A model generated the notes under the pieces. That model was not told the DNA's origin. It made no database searches and saw only the letters and a program-made list of their open reading frames with translations. This document shows positions 39,570 to 49,722 of a stretch of 53,366 nt of DNA, one piece after another. This DNA is from a virus (taxonomy: Duplodnaviria > Caudoviricetes): the IMG/VR virus record IMGVR_UViG_3300025582_000056, positions 1 to 53,366 of that record. One strand, given 5' to 3'. The stretch's first letter is position 1. Every line of letters begins with the position of its first letter. A program made the position numbers and the translations under genes.

Positions 39570-39971
39570 ATGACGGATAAGCAAAAGAAAACTATCCGGG
39601 ATATGCGCCAGCGAGGCATGTCTTACAGTGCTATTGCTGCCTTACACAGACTTTCCGCGAACACAATCAAGTCTTTCTGCCGCCGCGAAAACATCGACGT
39701 CCAAAGTAATCTTGACGATGAAAAACGGAAACTATGTAAAAACTGTGGCGCACCCTTAATGCATCATCCGGGATCAAAAAAGAAAACTTTCTGCCGTGAT
39801 AAATGCCGCTATGCATGGTGGAACAAAAACCGCGGATGGACAGGGGTAAAAAGCGCCTATCACCTAACCTGCTTCCATTGCGGAACTGAGTTTGACAGTA
39901 ATAACAAAAAACGCAAATACTGCGGACGTGAATGCTACATCCACAGCCGCTACGGGGAGGAATTGCCATGA
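39570..39971 (+). CDS. HTH (sigma region 4-like) + zinc-finger protein
   Basis: GGAGG RBS; GMSYSAIA...NTIKSFCRR; CxxC motifs. Confidence 0.8.
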   Translation: MTDKQKKTIRDMRQRGMSYSAIAALHRLSANTIKSFCRRENIDVQSNLDDEKRKLCKNCGAPLMHHPGSKKKTFCRDKCRYAWWNKNRGWTGVKSAYHLTCFHCGTEFDSNNKKRKYCGRECYIHSRYGEELP

Positions 39972-40159
39972 ATAAGCAGCAATTTCAGCGTGAGTTAGAT
40001 TATGGCGCGGCAGTGTCCATTGCCACATCGATGCTCCGTCGCCGCCTGATAACCCCAAATGAGTTTCGCCGACTCAAAGCAGTGCTCATTAAAAAACACT
40101 GCCCGGTTATCAGCTCGCTGCAGGAAACTGCCCCCGGCAATTCACCCCGCGACAAGTGA
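39968..40159 (+). CDS. SHOCT-like small protein of serine-recombinase elements
   Basis: MNKQQFQRELDY...MLRRRLITPNEF...PVISSL; ATGA overlap. Confidence 0.65.
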   Translation: MNKQQFQRELDYGAAVSIATSMLRRRLITPNEFRRLKAVLIKKHCPVISSLQETAPGNSPRDK

Positions 40160-40367
40160 TTTGCTCCAAAAGGCACTCAAAAAAGGCTGCCCCACGGGAC
40201 AAACACATTAAAAAAGGAAAGGAGGTTCAAAACAGTTTAAGTAAATTCGTTTCAATTCAGCAAAACACATAGGGCCGCGATGCGCACAAATTATCGAGCA
40301 TCGCGGCAACTTCCTTCGGAGCCGATGCTGTGCGTTTCGCGCGCCACTTCGAAGGAGGCGACTCAAG

Positions 40368-41291
40368 TTGTTTTCAAGCAGATTTGGTATTGAGATTGAG
40401 TTTACAGGTATCACCAGAAACCGCGCGGCAGAGATTGCGTCCGAGTATCTTGGTGGCAGCATCAGCGCAACCGGCGATTATTATGGCACACACCATATTA
40501 CTACGCCTGAGGGGCGGATCTGGAAATTCATGAGCGACGGCAGTATTACCTGCCAGCGCAAAGAAAACCGGCAAATTGTATCTGCCGGGAACGACTACAG
40601 CGTAGAGCTGGTTAGCCCCATTCTGACCTATTACGAGGATATCGAAGCGGTACAGGAACTGGTACGGCGGCTTCGCAAAGTGGGCGGTTTTACTAACAAG
40701 TCCTGCGGAATACATGTCCACCTCGACGGCTCTAATCATACGCCGAGGAGCATCCGCAACTTTGTGAACATCATCGCCAGTAAAAACGACCTGTTCTATA
40801 AGGCATTACAAATTGAACCGGAACGTATACGCTACTGCAAAAAGATAGACGCATACTTAGTCGAAAAGATGAACCGGGTTAAGCCCAGCAGCTTTTCGCA
40901 GATTGAGTCCATCTGGTATGAAGGCTACAGCGAAAGCCGTTCCCGCCATTATCACGACAGCCGTTACCACTTTCTCAATCTCCACAGCTTTTTTACCGAC
41001 AATCACACCGTTGAGCTTCGCGGCTTCAATTCGGAGCTGCACGCCGGAAAAATCCGGTCCTATATCGTGCTGGCTCTGGCTCTCAATCATCAGGCACTGA
41101 CACAAAAGAGTGCCAGCAGCCGGAAAGCCCAGACGGAAAACGAGAAATTCGCCATGCGTGTTTACCTTAACCGGATCGGCTTTATCGGTGACGAGTTTAA
41201 AAACTGCCGTGAGCATCTGTATCAGCACCTTGACGGCAATGCGGCATGGCGGTACCGGACAGCAAGCCGCTCGGGCTCGGAGAACACTTGA
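40368..41291 (+). CDS. Putative amidoligase (COOH-NH2 ligase type 2)
   Basis: FGIEIE, DGSI, ELVSPIL, SCGIHVH, TVELRGFN. Confidence 0.9.
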   Translation: MFSSRFGIEIEFTGITRNRAAEIASEYLGGSISATGDYYGTHHITTPEGRIWKFMSDGSITCQRKENRQIVSAGNDYSVELVSPILTYYEDIEAVQELVRRLRKVGGFTNKSCGIHVHLDGSNHTPRSIRNFVNIIASKNDLFYKALQIEPERIRYCKKIDAYLVEKMNRVKPSSFSQIESIWYEGYSESRSRHYHDSRYHFLNLHSFFTDNHTVELRGFNSELHAGKIRSYIVLALALNHQALTQKSASSRKAQTENEKFAMRVYLNRIGFIGDEFKNCREHLYQHLDGNAAWRYRTASRSGSENT

Positions 41292-41307
41292 AGGGAGGCT
41301 TATAAAA

Positions 41308-41778
41308 ATGAGTAAAACTAAAAGAAGGCTGTATATAGCCTATGGGTCCAACCTCAATTTGGAACAAATGTCCCAGCGCTGCCCCACGGCGCAAACTGTC
41401 GGCACCTCAGTTATGAAGGATTGGCGGTTGCTCTTTCGAGGCGGACGCACAGGCGCTGTGGCAACCGTGGAACGTTTTCGTGGCAGCTGCGTGCCCATAT
41501 TGGTATGGCAGCTTCAGCCACAGGACGAAGCTGCGCTTGACCGTTACGAGGGCTGGCCGCATTTGTATCGCAAGGAGACATTGCGGATTAGGCTGAACGG
41601 AAAAACCGTGGCGGCCATGATTTACATCATGAATGAGATCCGACCTTATGGCCTGCCTGGCCACTGCTACTTCAACACCATCCGTGATGGTTATGTAAGC
41701 GCGGGCTTCGATATTGGCATTCTGCGTAAAGCCGCCATCGATTCCTTAACAGCAGCTGAGAAGAGTGAAAATATATAA
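41308..41778 (+). CDS. Gamma-glutamylcyclotransferase family protein
   Basis: YIAYGSNL..QM..RCP, LDRYEG.P..Y. Confidence 0.9.
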   Translation: MSKTKRRLYIAYGSNLNLEQMSQRCPTAQTVGTSVMKDWRLLFRGGRTGAVATVERFRGSCVPILVWQLQPQDEAALDRYEGWPHLYRKETLRIRLNGKTVAAMIYIMNEIRPYGLPGHCYFNTIRDGYVSAGFDIGILRKAAIDSLTAAEKSENI

Positions 41779-41843
41779 ACACTCTGATCGAAACACAAAT
41801 TTAGCACTCCATGATGCCTCTGGTAAATAACCGCCAAAGCAGA

Positions 41844-41875
41844 CTTGCTTTCTTGAGGCACTTGAGTGATAGATG
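41844..41875 (+). promoter_or_regulatory. Motif CTTGCTTT-N12-GAGTGATAGATG
   Basis: Arms identical to those at 43136-43167. Confidence 0.65.
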
Positions 41876-41901
41876 GTGTGTAACAAAAGGAGGAAAACTA
41901 T

Positions 41902-42081
41902 ATGAATGCAGTAGTAAAAGAGCAGATATTAGCTGTCCGAGATACCGGCGAAACTAACATGTTTGATGTGAACAAGGTCATGCAAATCGCACTTAGAAAA
42001 GGCTTTCATGAGTTGGTTATATTTCTGGCTGAACACAGAGCCGAATACGCCCATTTCATCTTAACCGGCACGATCGACTAA
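41902..42081 (+). CDS. DUF5049-like small protein (absent from the ORF track)
   Basis: AGGAGG RBS; KEQILAVRDTGETNMFD...Y.HFILTG. Confidence 0.8.
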   Translation: MNAVVKEQILAVRDTGETNMFDVNKVMQIALRKGFHELVIFLAEHRAEYAHFILTGTID

Positions 42082-42109
42082 ACCAGCTAATGAGAAAGGA
42101 GCGATTACA

Positions 42110-42853
42110 GTGGATGTAAAGTATAACGTAACCGGTTCCAAGCGCAAGGCGCTTGTCGGAGCCATCAGCGAAATATTGGGACGGGAGATCATCTATAATG
42201 GTGTGCCCACCTTTGCCTATACGGTGAATAATTATCTCATCGATAAGAACGGAACCTTATCCTGCCCAGGCGATAATAACCTTGAGGAGGTCAAAAGGTT
42301 GCTTGATGCGCTTAAAGAGCGCGGATATATACCGGAAGCTGTCGAAAGAGAGGATTCGGTCAATGCCAACAAGCTGAGCATTCAAATGCCAAAGGCAGAT
42401 TTTACTGAGGAAGCTATTGAAAACCTTAAGAAAATCATTGCCAGCAAGGAAACCCTTATCAAAAAGGCGCTTGGTGCAGACAGCCTGCCTGTCGACATCA
42501 TCGGTGACACACTGAATTTTCCGTGGTTCACCTTGAATGGTGTTGTTGGCGAATCCGACGCTTACGCCCGCTTTGTCGTCTCCCTCTGCCAGATGGCGAA
42601 AATTCAAAAACGCATCACGGCCAAAGAAAAAGAATTGGGAAACGACAAGTTCACCATGCGGCTGTTCTTGATCCGCTTGGGTTTCGTCGGTCCGGAATGC
42701 AAAACGGCGCGTACTATCCTGCTGAAAAATCTCACTGGTAATGGCAGCTTCAAAAATGGACAGCGTCCAAATAAGACTGTTATTGCTGAAAACGGTGAAG
42801 CGAAAGTGTCGGCAGAAAATCTATCTAACACACAAACCCAAAATGAAGAATGA
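42110..42853 (+). CDS. 'Virulence-related' mobile-element protein
   Basis: RKALVGAISEILG...PTFAY...FPWF...NDKFTMRLFLIRLG. Confidence 0.75.
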   Translation: MDVKYNVTGSKRKALVGAISEILGREIIYNGVPTFAYTVNNYLIDKNGTLSCPGDNNLEEVKRLLDALKERGYIPEAVEREDSVNANKLSIQMPKADFTEEAIENLKKIIASKETLIKKALGADSLPVDIIGDTLNFPWFTLNGVVGESDAYARFVVSLCQMAKIQKRITAKEKELGNDKFTMRLFLIRLGFVGPECKTARTILLKNLTGNGSFKNGQRPNKTVIAENGEAKVSAENLSNTQTQNEE

Positions 42854-42867
42854 GGAAGCAGTTCGTT

Positions 42868-43101
42868 ATGAAAAACATCAACAACTTCCCGACCAAAGCA
42901 ACCGTGGAGCGGATACGCGCAGCGTATCCCCCCGGTTGCCGCGTGGAGCTCGTCTCCATAGACGATCCATACACGAATCTAAAACCCGGTGAACGGGGAA
43001 CTGTTCGCTGCGTAGATTCCATCGGTACGGTTTTCGTAGACTGGGACTGCGGTTCCGGTCTTGGCATCGCCCACGGCGTCGACCACATAAAGAAACTGTA
43101 G
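42868..43101 (+). CDS. DUF4314-like protein
   Basis: YPPGCRVEL...DDPY..L.PG.RGTV..VDSIGT..V.WD.GS.L. Confidence 0.85.
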   Translation: MKNINNFPTKATVERIRAAYPPGCRVELVSIDDPYTNLKPGERGTVRCVDSIGTVFVDWDCGSGLGIAHGVDHIKKL

Positions 43102-43135
43102 ACCGTGGAAAAAGGGGGTTCTGAGACAGAATCCC

Positions 43136-43167
43136 CTTGCTTTATCTAGTTGAAAGAGTGATAGATG
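43136..43167 (+). promoter_or_regulatory. Motif CTTGCTTT-N12-GAGTGATAGATG upstream of the recombinases
   Basis: Repeat of 41844-41875. Confidence 0.65.
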
Positions 43168-43215
43168 TTATGACTAAAAAATATATGGAGGTAATAACAT
43201 GCGAGATAACTTACT

Positions 43216-44535
43216 ATGCGAAAAATAACGACAATTAAACGGACAGTACTGCAGTCGGTACAGCGCAAGCGCGTGGCAGCCTATGCCCGCGTATCTTCCG
43301 GCAAAGACGCCATGCTACACTCCCTGTCCGCGCAGATCAGTTATTACAACAGTTATATTGGAAAACGCGGCGATTGGGAATTTTCCGGCATCTATGCTGA
43401 TGAGGCCATCACCGGCACAAAAGATACACGCCCTGAATTTCAGCGGCTGCTTGAAGATTGCCGTAGCAAAAAAATCGACATTGTCATCACCAAGTCCATA
43501 ACCCGTCTCGCCCGCAATACAGTGACGCTTCTTCAAACTGTCCGGGAATTGAAGTTGATAGGGATTGACGTCTACTTTGAAAAAGAAAACATCCATTCGC
43601 TCAGTACTGACGGAGAGTTCATGCTCACAATACTGGCTTCCTATGCGCAGGAAGAGAGCCGTTCGGTCAGCGAAAACCAGAAGTGGCGAATTCGCAAAAT
43701 GTTTGCAGAGGGGCGTCCAAACACCGGCAATATGCTCGGCTACCGGCTCTTTGACGGCAAGCTATACATTATCCCGGAGGAAACTGAAATAGTGAAAGAT
43801 ATATTCGACGACTACCTTTCCGGCATGGGGCCTAACGCCATCGTGAAAAAGCTGAATGACGCTGGTATATACACAAAAAGCGGCGCAGAATGGTGCAAAA
43901 GCACAATTCATAAAATGCTAAGAAATGAAAAATATTCTGGCGACTTGCTGCTGCAAAAAACTTTCAACATGGATCATCTCAGCAAGAAAAAACAGATTAA
44001 CCGTGGCGAATTACCAATGTATCAAGTAATAGATAGTCACGAAGCGATCATCGACAAAGTAACTTTTGCTAAAGTGCAGTTCGAGATTGAGCGTCGGGCG
44101 GTAAAATTTTGTTATAAACCCCAGCCGAAAAAGCAGTATCTATTTACCAGCTTAATCTGTTGTGGTCAGTGCGGCAAGCATTACCTCCGAAAACAGGCAA
44201 ACGCCGGAAGTAAATATATGAAACCAATTTGGATATGCGCAACCTTTAACTTCCGTGGCAAAAATAGTTGCCCGTCGCAGCAGATTCCCGAAAGCATTTT
44301 ACTTGAGAAAACGGCAGAAGTCCTTGGAACAACCGAGCTGGACATGGATCTGCTGAAAAAGAGCATTTCAAAAATACGGATACCCGAACACAACCGAATT
44401 GAGTATATCTTTATGGATGGCCGGAGTGTTGAAGTGATGTGGGAAAACCCGTCCCGTCGCGAAAGCTGGGATGAAGCCATGCGCCAAGCTGCACGAGAGC
44501 GCAAGTTATCAATTGACGAAAGGAGGCATAAGTAA
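43216..44535 (+). CDS. Large serine recombinase
   Basis: AAYARVSS, TKSITRLARN, AQEESRS, zinc ribbon CGQCG. Confidence 0.95.
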   Translation: MRKITTIKRTVLQSVQRKRVAAYARVSSGKDAMLHSLSAQISYYNSYIGKRGDWEFSGIYADEAITGTKDTRPEFQRLLEDCRSKKIDIVITKSITRLARNTVTLLQTVRELKLIGIDVYFEKENIHSLSTDGEFMLTILASYAQEESRSVSENQKWRIRKMFAEGRPNTGNMLGYRLFDGKLYIIPEETEIVKDIFDDYLSGMGPNAIVKKLNDAGIYTKSGAEWCKSTIHKMLRNEKYSGDLLLQKTFNMDHLSKKKQINRGELPMYQVIDSHEAIIDKVTFAKVQFEIERRAVKFCYKPQPKKQYLFTSLICCGQCGKHYLRKQANAGSKYMKPIWICATFNFRGKNSCPSQQIPESILLEKTAEVLGTTELDMDLLKKSISKIRIPEHNRIEYIFMDGRSVEVMWENPSRRESWDEAMRQAARERKLSIDERRHK

Positions 44536-44539
44536 CACC

Positions 44540-46144
44540 ATGCAGGATACAAGCAGAAAAATAAACGTCATCCAATCGCGTGTCAATCTTCCCTTTATAT
44601 CATTCGGCTCTGAATACCGAAAAAGGCGCGTTGCAGCCTATGCCCGCGTATCCACCGATTCGGACGAACAGCTTTCCAGCTATGAAGCACAGGTGGATTT
44701 TTACACACGACATATTAATAGCAACCCTGAGTGGGAATTTGTCATTGTCTACACCGATGAAGGCATCAGCGGTACTAATATGAAAAAGCGCGACGGCTTT
44801 AACCGTATGATCGCCGATGCGCTGGATGGGAAAATTGACCTAATTCTTACTAAATCCATAAGCCGCTTTGCCCGTAATACCGTGGATAGCCTTGTTACTG
44901 TCCGCAAGTTGAAGGAAAAAGGTGTCGAGATTTACTTTGAAAAGGAGAACATCTATACGCTGGACGCCAAGGGCGAAGTACTCATTACCATTATGAGCTC
45001 GCTCGCCCAGGAGGAAAGCCGCTCCATCAGCGAAAATGTCACCTGGGGCAAAAAGAAAAGCATGGAAGATGGCAAAATCTCACTCCCCTACAAACACTTC
45101 TTAGGCTACGAGAAAGGCAAAAACGACCTCCCAAAAATCGTGGAGGAAGAAGCTAAAATTGTTCGGCAGATCTACAGTCTTTTTCTGGAAGGTAAAACCT
45201 TCCGCAATATTACGCAGTATCTTACCGCTCAGGGCATTCCAACCCCCAGCGGCAAAAAACAGTGGAGCGTTAGTACTATTGCAAGCATTTTGAGCAACGA
45301 AAAATACAAAGGCGACGCACTGCTGCAGAAGACATATACGGTGGACTTTCTCAGCAAAACAATCAAGAAAAATGAAGGCGAGCTTCAGCAGTATTATATC
45401 GAGAACTCACACCCTGCCATCATTGACCCGGAAACCTTTGACCTGGTACAGAACGAAATCAAAAAAAGGCGGCCAAACAGGCGGCAGCTGAATAGCAACA
45501 GTCCCTTTGCTGCCAAGCTTATTTGCAGTGAGTGTGGCGGATATTATGGATCAAAGGTCTGGCATTCTAACAGCAAGTACCGCAATCAGATCTGGCAGTG
45601 CAATAGAAAATACAACGATGGTAAGTTCTGCGAAACACCTCATATACGCGAACATGAGTTAAAACCGGCCTTTATTCAGGCGGTTAATCAAATCTTAGGC
45701 GACAGGGATCGATATATTACCCACTTCGAGGAACTTCTGCCGCTTTTAGCCGACACCTCTGTACTAGAGAAAAGGCTAGAAGAACTCCAGAGCGAGCACG
45801 ACGCTATAATAAAGCGCATGTACAGCTGTGTAGAGGAGAATAAGCGCGAAATGCGGGATCAGGAGGAGTATAATCGCCGTTACTGCAAGATGGCTGAGGA
45901 GTTCAAGGAATCGGGAACCCAGTTGAATCAGATTAAAGATGAAATACTGGAACAGAGCGCCCGTAAAGAAAAAATCCATCGCTTTCTTGATGAACTGCGA
46001 CAGATGAATAATCTTGTAACTGAATTTGACGAGAATCTTTGGCACACCACCGTCGAACTGGTAACAGTACATCTGGACAAAACCTTGAGCTTTACATTCA
46101 GGGATGGTACAGAAATATCGGTAAAGGCAACAAAAGCCAAATAG
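44540..46144 (+). CDS. Large serine recombinase
   Basis: AAYARVST, TKSISRFARN, CSECG; AGGAGG RBS. Confidence 0.95.
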   Translation: MQDTSRKINVIQSRVNLPFISFGSEYRKRRVAAYARVSTDSDEQLSSYEAQVDFYTRHINSNPEWEFVIVYTDEGISGTNMKKRDGFNRMIADALDGKIDLILTKSISRFARNTVDSLVTVRKLKEKGVEIYFEKENIYTLDAKGEVLITIMSSLAQEESRSISENVTWGKKKSMEDGKISLPYKHFLGYEKGKNDLPKIVEEEAKIVRQIYSLFLEGKTFRNITQYLTAQGIPTPSGKKQWSVSTIASILSNEKYKGDALLQKTYTVDFLSKTIKKNEGELQQYYIENSHPAIIDPETFDLVQNEIKKRRPNRRQLNSNSPFAAKLICSECGGYYGSKVWHSNSKYRNQIWQCNRKYNDGKFCETPHIREHELKPAFIQAVNQILGDRDRYITHFEELLPLLADTSVLEKRLEELQSEHDAIIKRMYSCVEENKREMRDQEEYNRRYCKMAEEFKESGTQLNQIKDEILEQSARKEKIHRFLDELRQMNNLVTEFDENLWHTTVELVTVHLDKTLSFTFRDGTEISVKATKAK

Positions 46145-46176
46145 CGCGGAGCATTGCACTAGTACATTTATCATAG

Positions 46177-46205
46177 GCCTGTGGAGCAAATCCACAGGCT
46201 TTTTT
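46177..46205 (+). terminator. Intrinsic terminator after the recombinases
   Basis: GCCTGTGGA-GCAAA-TCCACAGGC-T6. Confidence 0.8.
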
Positions 46206-46316
46206 CTTGCCCTGACTTATTCTGCACCAGTTGGTGCACCCGGCTGGTGCAGACTGGTGCAAAAAGTGCGTGCCGCAACAATCCCTGTTACTGAGATTGA
46301 GCCGTGCTTCAGATAC
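46178..46316 (+). repeat. ~140-bp direct repeat copy 1 (copy 2 = 47705-47760 + 49218-49320, split by IS3)
   Basis: Near-identical sequence including terminator, TGCACCA-NN-TGGTGCA palindrome and TGGTGCA iterations. Confidence 0.85.
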
Positions 46317-46521
46317 TCTTAACTGTCAAAGTCCAGTAACACATAACTCTTTTCTAAATCTTACCTCAATAAAGCTTCATTACACCCTAACATACACCCC
46401 CAAAAAAAAGAAGCAAATTACCCCTTGCAGAAAATTTATCACTATTTTCACCTATCTTTTAATTACAGATACTTTCAATGGTTCAATTGCGATACAGGGG
46501 CATTCGGCTTTGAATAATAAT

Positions 46522-47376
46522 TTAAATATACTTTGTATATATTAAACTTTCCTCATTAAACTTTACCTCAATATAAGGAACATTCTTCCCATACCTCATT
46601 CTAATTTTTACACTTTTTCTATCATCTTCTCCTACCAAAAAAACCACTCTATATTCTTTTTCGCCACAATACTTATGATGCTTAAAAAACAATGAATAGT
46701 GAATTATTTTATTAAAAATAACCGATTTAATCTCCTCTATTAATTCCAAATAATCAACGCTCTCTTCTTGGTGAATTAAATTCGTTAACAGTTCTGCATA
46801 AAATTCATTAATATCTTCTAATAATAGAGTCATTTGCAAACCCAAATCATATTTAACCTTGGCACAAAATGTAATTAAATCGTTAGATCCAATAATTTGA
46901 AACATATTTCTTATATCATTTTTGAATCCTAATATACCCCCATCATGCTTACAATAATGCTCTTTTAAGTAATCATTATCTGCGTCTTCAGATAACGACA
47001 ACAAAAAAAGACTCCCCCCACTAATCGGAGCTCCTGATTCGAATATTTTACATAACGCTTTAAGTGTTTTTATAATAGCTTCATAAACATAAAATTGTCC
47101 GTCAATTCCCATGTCATAATCTTCTCTTTGGTCTATTAAATATTTAATTACTCCCACTAATACAAATGACATATATTTAATTTCAGTAACATCATCAAGA
47201 TAATTACTATGAGTTACCCAAAAATTTTTGCTATTTAATATTCCCTCTATTCCATTTTTATCGGTATAATGAAATAATTTTAGATTTTCACTAACTTCCA
47301 GTTTCATTATAATCGGATTATTTCTATTGACTTCATAATATTTTAATTCCCTTAAATCTTTCAATTGCTGTTCCAT
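46522..47376 (-). CDS. DUF2971-like protein
   Basis: LFHYT..G..GIL...FW.T...LDD..E and FFKH..Y..EKEYR; very AT-rich. Confidence 0.75.
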   Translation of the reverse strand: MEQQLKDLRELKYYEVNRNNPIIMKLEVSENLKLFHYTDKNGIEGILNSKNFWVTHSNYLDDVTEIKYMSFVLVGVIKYLIDQREDYDMGIDGQFYVYEAIIKTLKALCKIFESGAPISGGSLFLLSLSEDADNDYLKEHYCKHDGGILGFKNDIRNMFQIIGSNDLITFCAKVKYDLGLQMTLLLEDINEFYAELLTNLIHQEESVDYLELIEEIKSVIFNKIIHYSLFFKHHKYCGEKEYRVVFLVGEDDRKSVKIRMRYGKNVPYIEVKFNEESLIYTKYI

Positions 47377-47760
47377 TATTCTTCCCCCACGTTTTACTTT
47401 TTACAATTATTCTACAATTCCAAACAAAGCCCTGCAGATATTCTATTCAACTATATAAAACGAGGTTCCTGGCCTAAAGTCCGGGAACCCTTCTGTTTTT
47501 AACTCTTATGCTTTTAATTTGATTGACTATCAAATGCTCGGTATCGGTTCAGGCCGTTTATACTCAACCTCATTGTCCTTGAACTTCCTCACAAACAAGG
47601 CCCTAATAGCATCAGTCATAATGAACGAATACCGCCAGGCCCGTTTTCTCTTTTTGCCTAGAATCGTTGCAACACCGTCCCGGTAATCATCCTTTATTAT
47701 GAGTCCTGTGGAGCAAATCCACAGGCTTTTTCTTGCCCTGACTTATTCTGCACCAGATGG

Positions 47761-49214
47761 TGAAGTGTACCCCATTCTGTATACACGCCTAACGGTGCAA
47801 CTAAATTTTTATAGATAAAACTAGCACAAAAGATTCTGTGCAATATTGGAAAGATTTAGGTCTATTCATCCCGATCCTTAATAGGATAGACGCCTGTCTG
47901 ACAATATTCGTAATACTCATTTGGGGATAGCTTTGCGATTTCCCATTGGTAACGGTCGTTATTATAATAGTCAATCCAATCATTAAGTACGGCAACAACA
48001 TCCCATGTGTGCGGCAGGAGGACAAATCAATTTCATCTTTCATATGCCCGAAGAAACTCTCTTGTGGTGAGTTATCCCAACAATTAGCCTTTCGAGACAT
48101 GGATTGCCTCAATTTCGCACTTTTTAGAATCTGCGCAAATCTGTAACTCTTGTAATGAGCTCCTTGATCGCTATTAATGAGCGTTTCTGTGTCTAGGGAT
48201 ATTCCATGGTCATGTAACAGGTTATTTATAGTTTCTAGCACGAAATCCTCTTCAAGAGTTTTACTAAGCGCAAAGGATAGAACCTGCCTAGTATAGGCGT
48301 CAATAATGGTGGATATGTAGCTTTTCATGCCACTCCCAAAAAATAAATAAGATATGTCCGTAAGGAGTACTTTGCGTGGCCCATGCTCACGGAATTCACG
48401 ATTTAATAAGTACGGTGCGGTTCGGCTTTCTTGTGACGCTCTCAGCATGCCACGGTAAGGATTTGCCTTGCGAATTGGGCATCTGAGCCCATATTTCTTC
48501 ATTAACCGACGAATCTTCTTAATATTCATTCATTCCAACGGTTGTTGGCGAAGCAAACGCATATAAATACTGCGAGCACCTTTGGCATAACCACGATAGT
48601 TGTATGCCTCAAGAATACGAGAAAAATCTTCTCTGTCATGCTGTTCTCGCCGCTCACGCTTTGTTTCAGCAGCTATATAGTGGTAATAGCCAGGACGTGA
48701 AACACCGGCGACATTGCATAACCAAGATAGATTTAAGAGAGTTTATCTTCAACGGTTTTAGCTTTGGAGAATTTGCTTTTATTAATGATTTGTTCGATTT
48801 TTCCATCAGCTGCTTCCCATTCTTTAAGAGCGTGCCATCTTAAGCTATACATACGCTTAGTGCCTAATACATTCGGATCAATGCCGGATTCTTTAAGAAT
48901 TGTTCGTGGTGTCTTGCCTTTAATATATTCTTCGCAGAAATGACGTTTAAAAGTTTGACTAAAAACTACTGAAGTGTCCGTAGTGCGTGCAACTTGCGGA
49001 TAATTTGATAATATTTCAATTTGTTCTTTTGTTAATTAACTAACTGCCATGAGAATTCTCCGTTATTTTTAGGCTCATTCTAACACGACAAGAACAGAGT
49101 AAGTAACATATTGCACCCATTCAGTGTATACAAAATGGGGTACATGCACCTACGTGGTGTATACAGTTTGGGGTACACGCACCAATTGGTGTCTAAAATA
49201 CGGGGTACAGTTCA
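47761..49214 (-). mobile_element. IS3-family element, degenerate
   Basis: Ends TGAAGTGTACCCC / GGGGTACAGTTCA, 3-bp TGG target duplication, rve core. Confidence 0.9.
47801..49050 (-). pseudogene. IS3 transposase pseudogene
   Basis: TDISY, SDQGAHY, NCWDNSPQESFFGHMK; early stop at codon 5 after ATG 49050, plus frameshifts. Confidence 0.8.
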
Positions 49215-49413
49215 TGGTGCACCCGGCTGGTGCAGGTTGGTGCAAGCTGGTGCAGACTGGTGCAAAGAGTGCGTGCCGCAACAATCCCTGTCACTCAGAT
49301 TGAGCCGTGTTTCAGATGCTTTTGAGCCGTGCTCTCGTTTGAATACAACAAAAACCCCTTGAAATAAGGGGTTTCCTAACCTCTGAGATTGTCTCATAGG
49401 TGACGTCTTAATC

Positions 49414-49465
49414 TGGTCGGAGCGACATGATTCGAACATGCGACCTCTACCACCCCAAGGTAGCG
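49414..49465 (-). other. 3' fragment of tRNA-Pro(GGG): prophage att site
   Basis: Minus strand CGCTACCTTGGGGTGGTAGAGGTCGCATGTTCGAATCATGTCGCTCCGACCA; D-arm and 5' acceptor strand missing. Confidence 0.88.
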
Positions 49466-49722
49466 ATTACGTTTAACGTAACATTAACATAAAACCGAGA
49501 ATACCGCTATTTGCTGACAGCCTACGTATAGTCCATTTTCTTGCTTATTTAGTAACGTTTAAATATATTTAAAAAGATTATTTATATAACTTAATCGGTC
49601 GGTAGGTATTTATGTAGGTATTGAGCAAAATAATCCTCATCGAAAAGCAGGAAAAGACCCATCAAACGTTGAATGCCTAAAGGGTTTTCATAAATAAAAT
49701 TTAAGAAGGAGGAAGAAATGGT

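Larger units (their letters stand above)
26472..46316. mobile_element. Serine-recombinase integrative element (left boundary uncertain)
   Basis: Tandem large serine recombinases at the right end, coupling ATPase, relaxase-like protein, methylase, higher GC than flanks. Confidence 0.6.

Noticed and set aside
49111-49270. CRISPR-like array
   Set aside because: Units are IS end copies and TGGTGCA iterations with gaps too short for spacers; no cas genes in the window
49414-49465. Intact tRNA-Pro gene
   Set aside because: D-arm and 5' acceptor strand are absent; it is an att-type fragment
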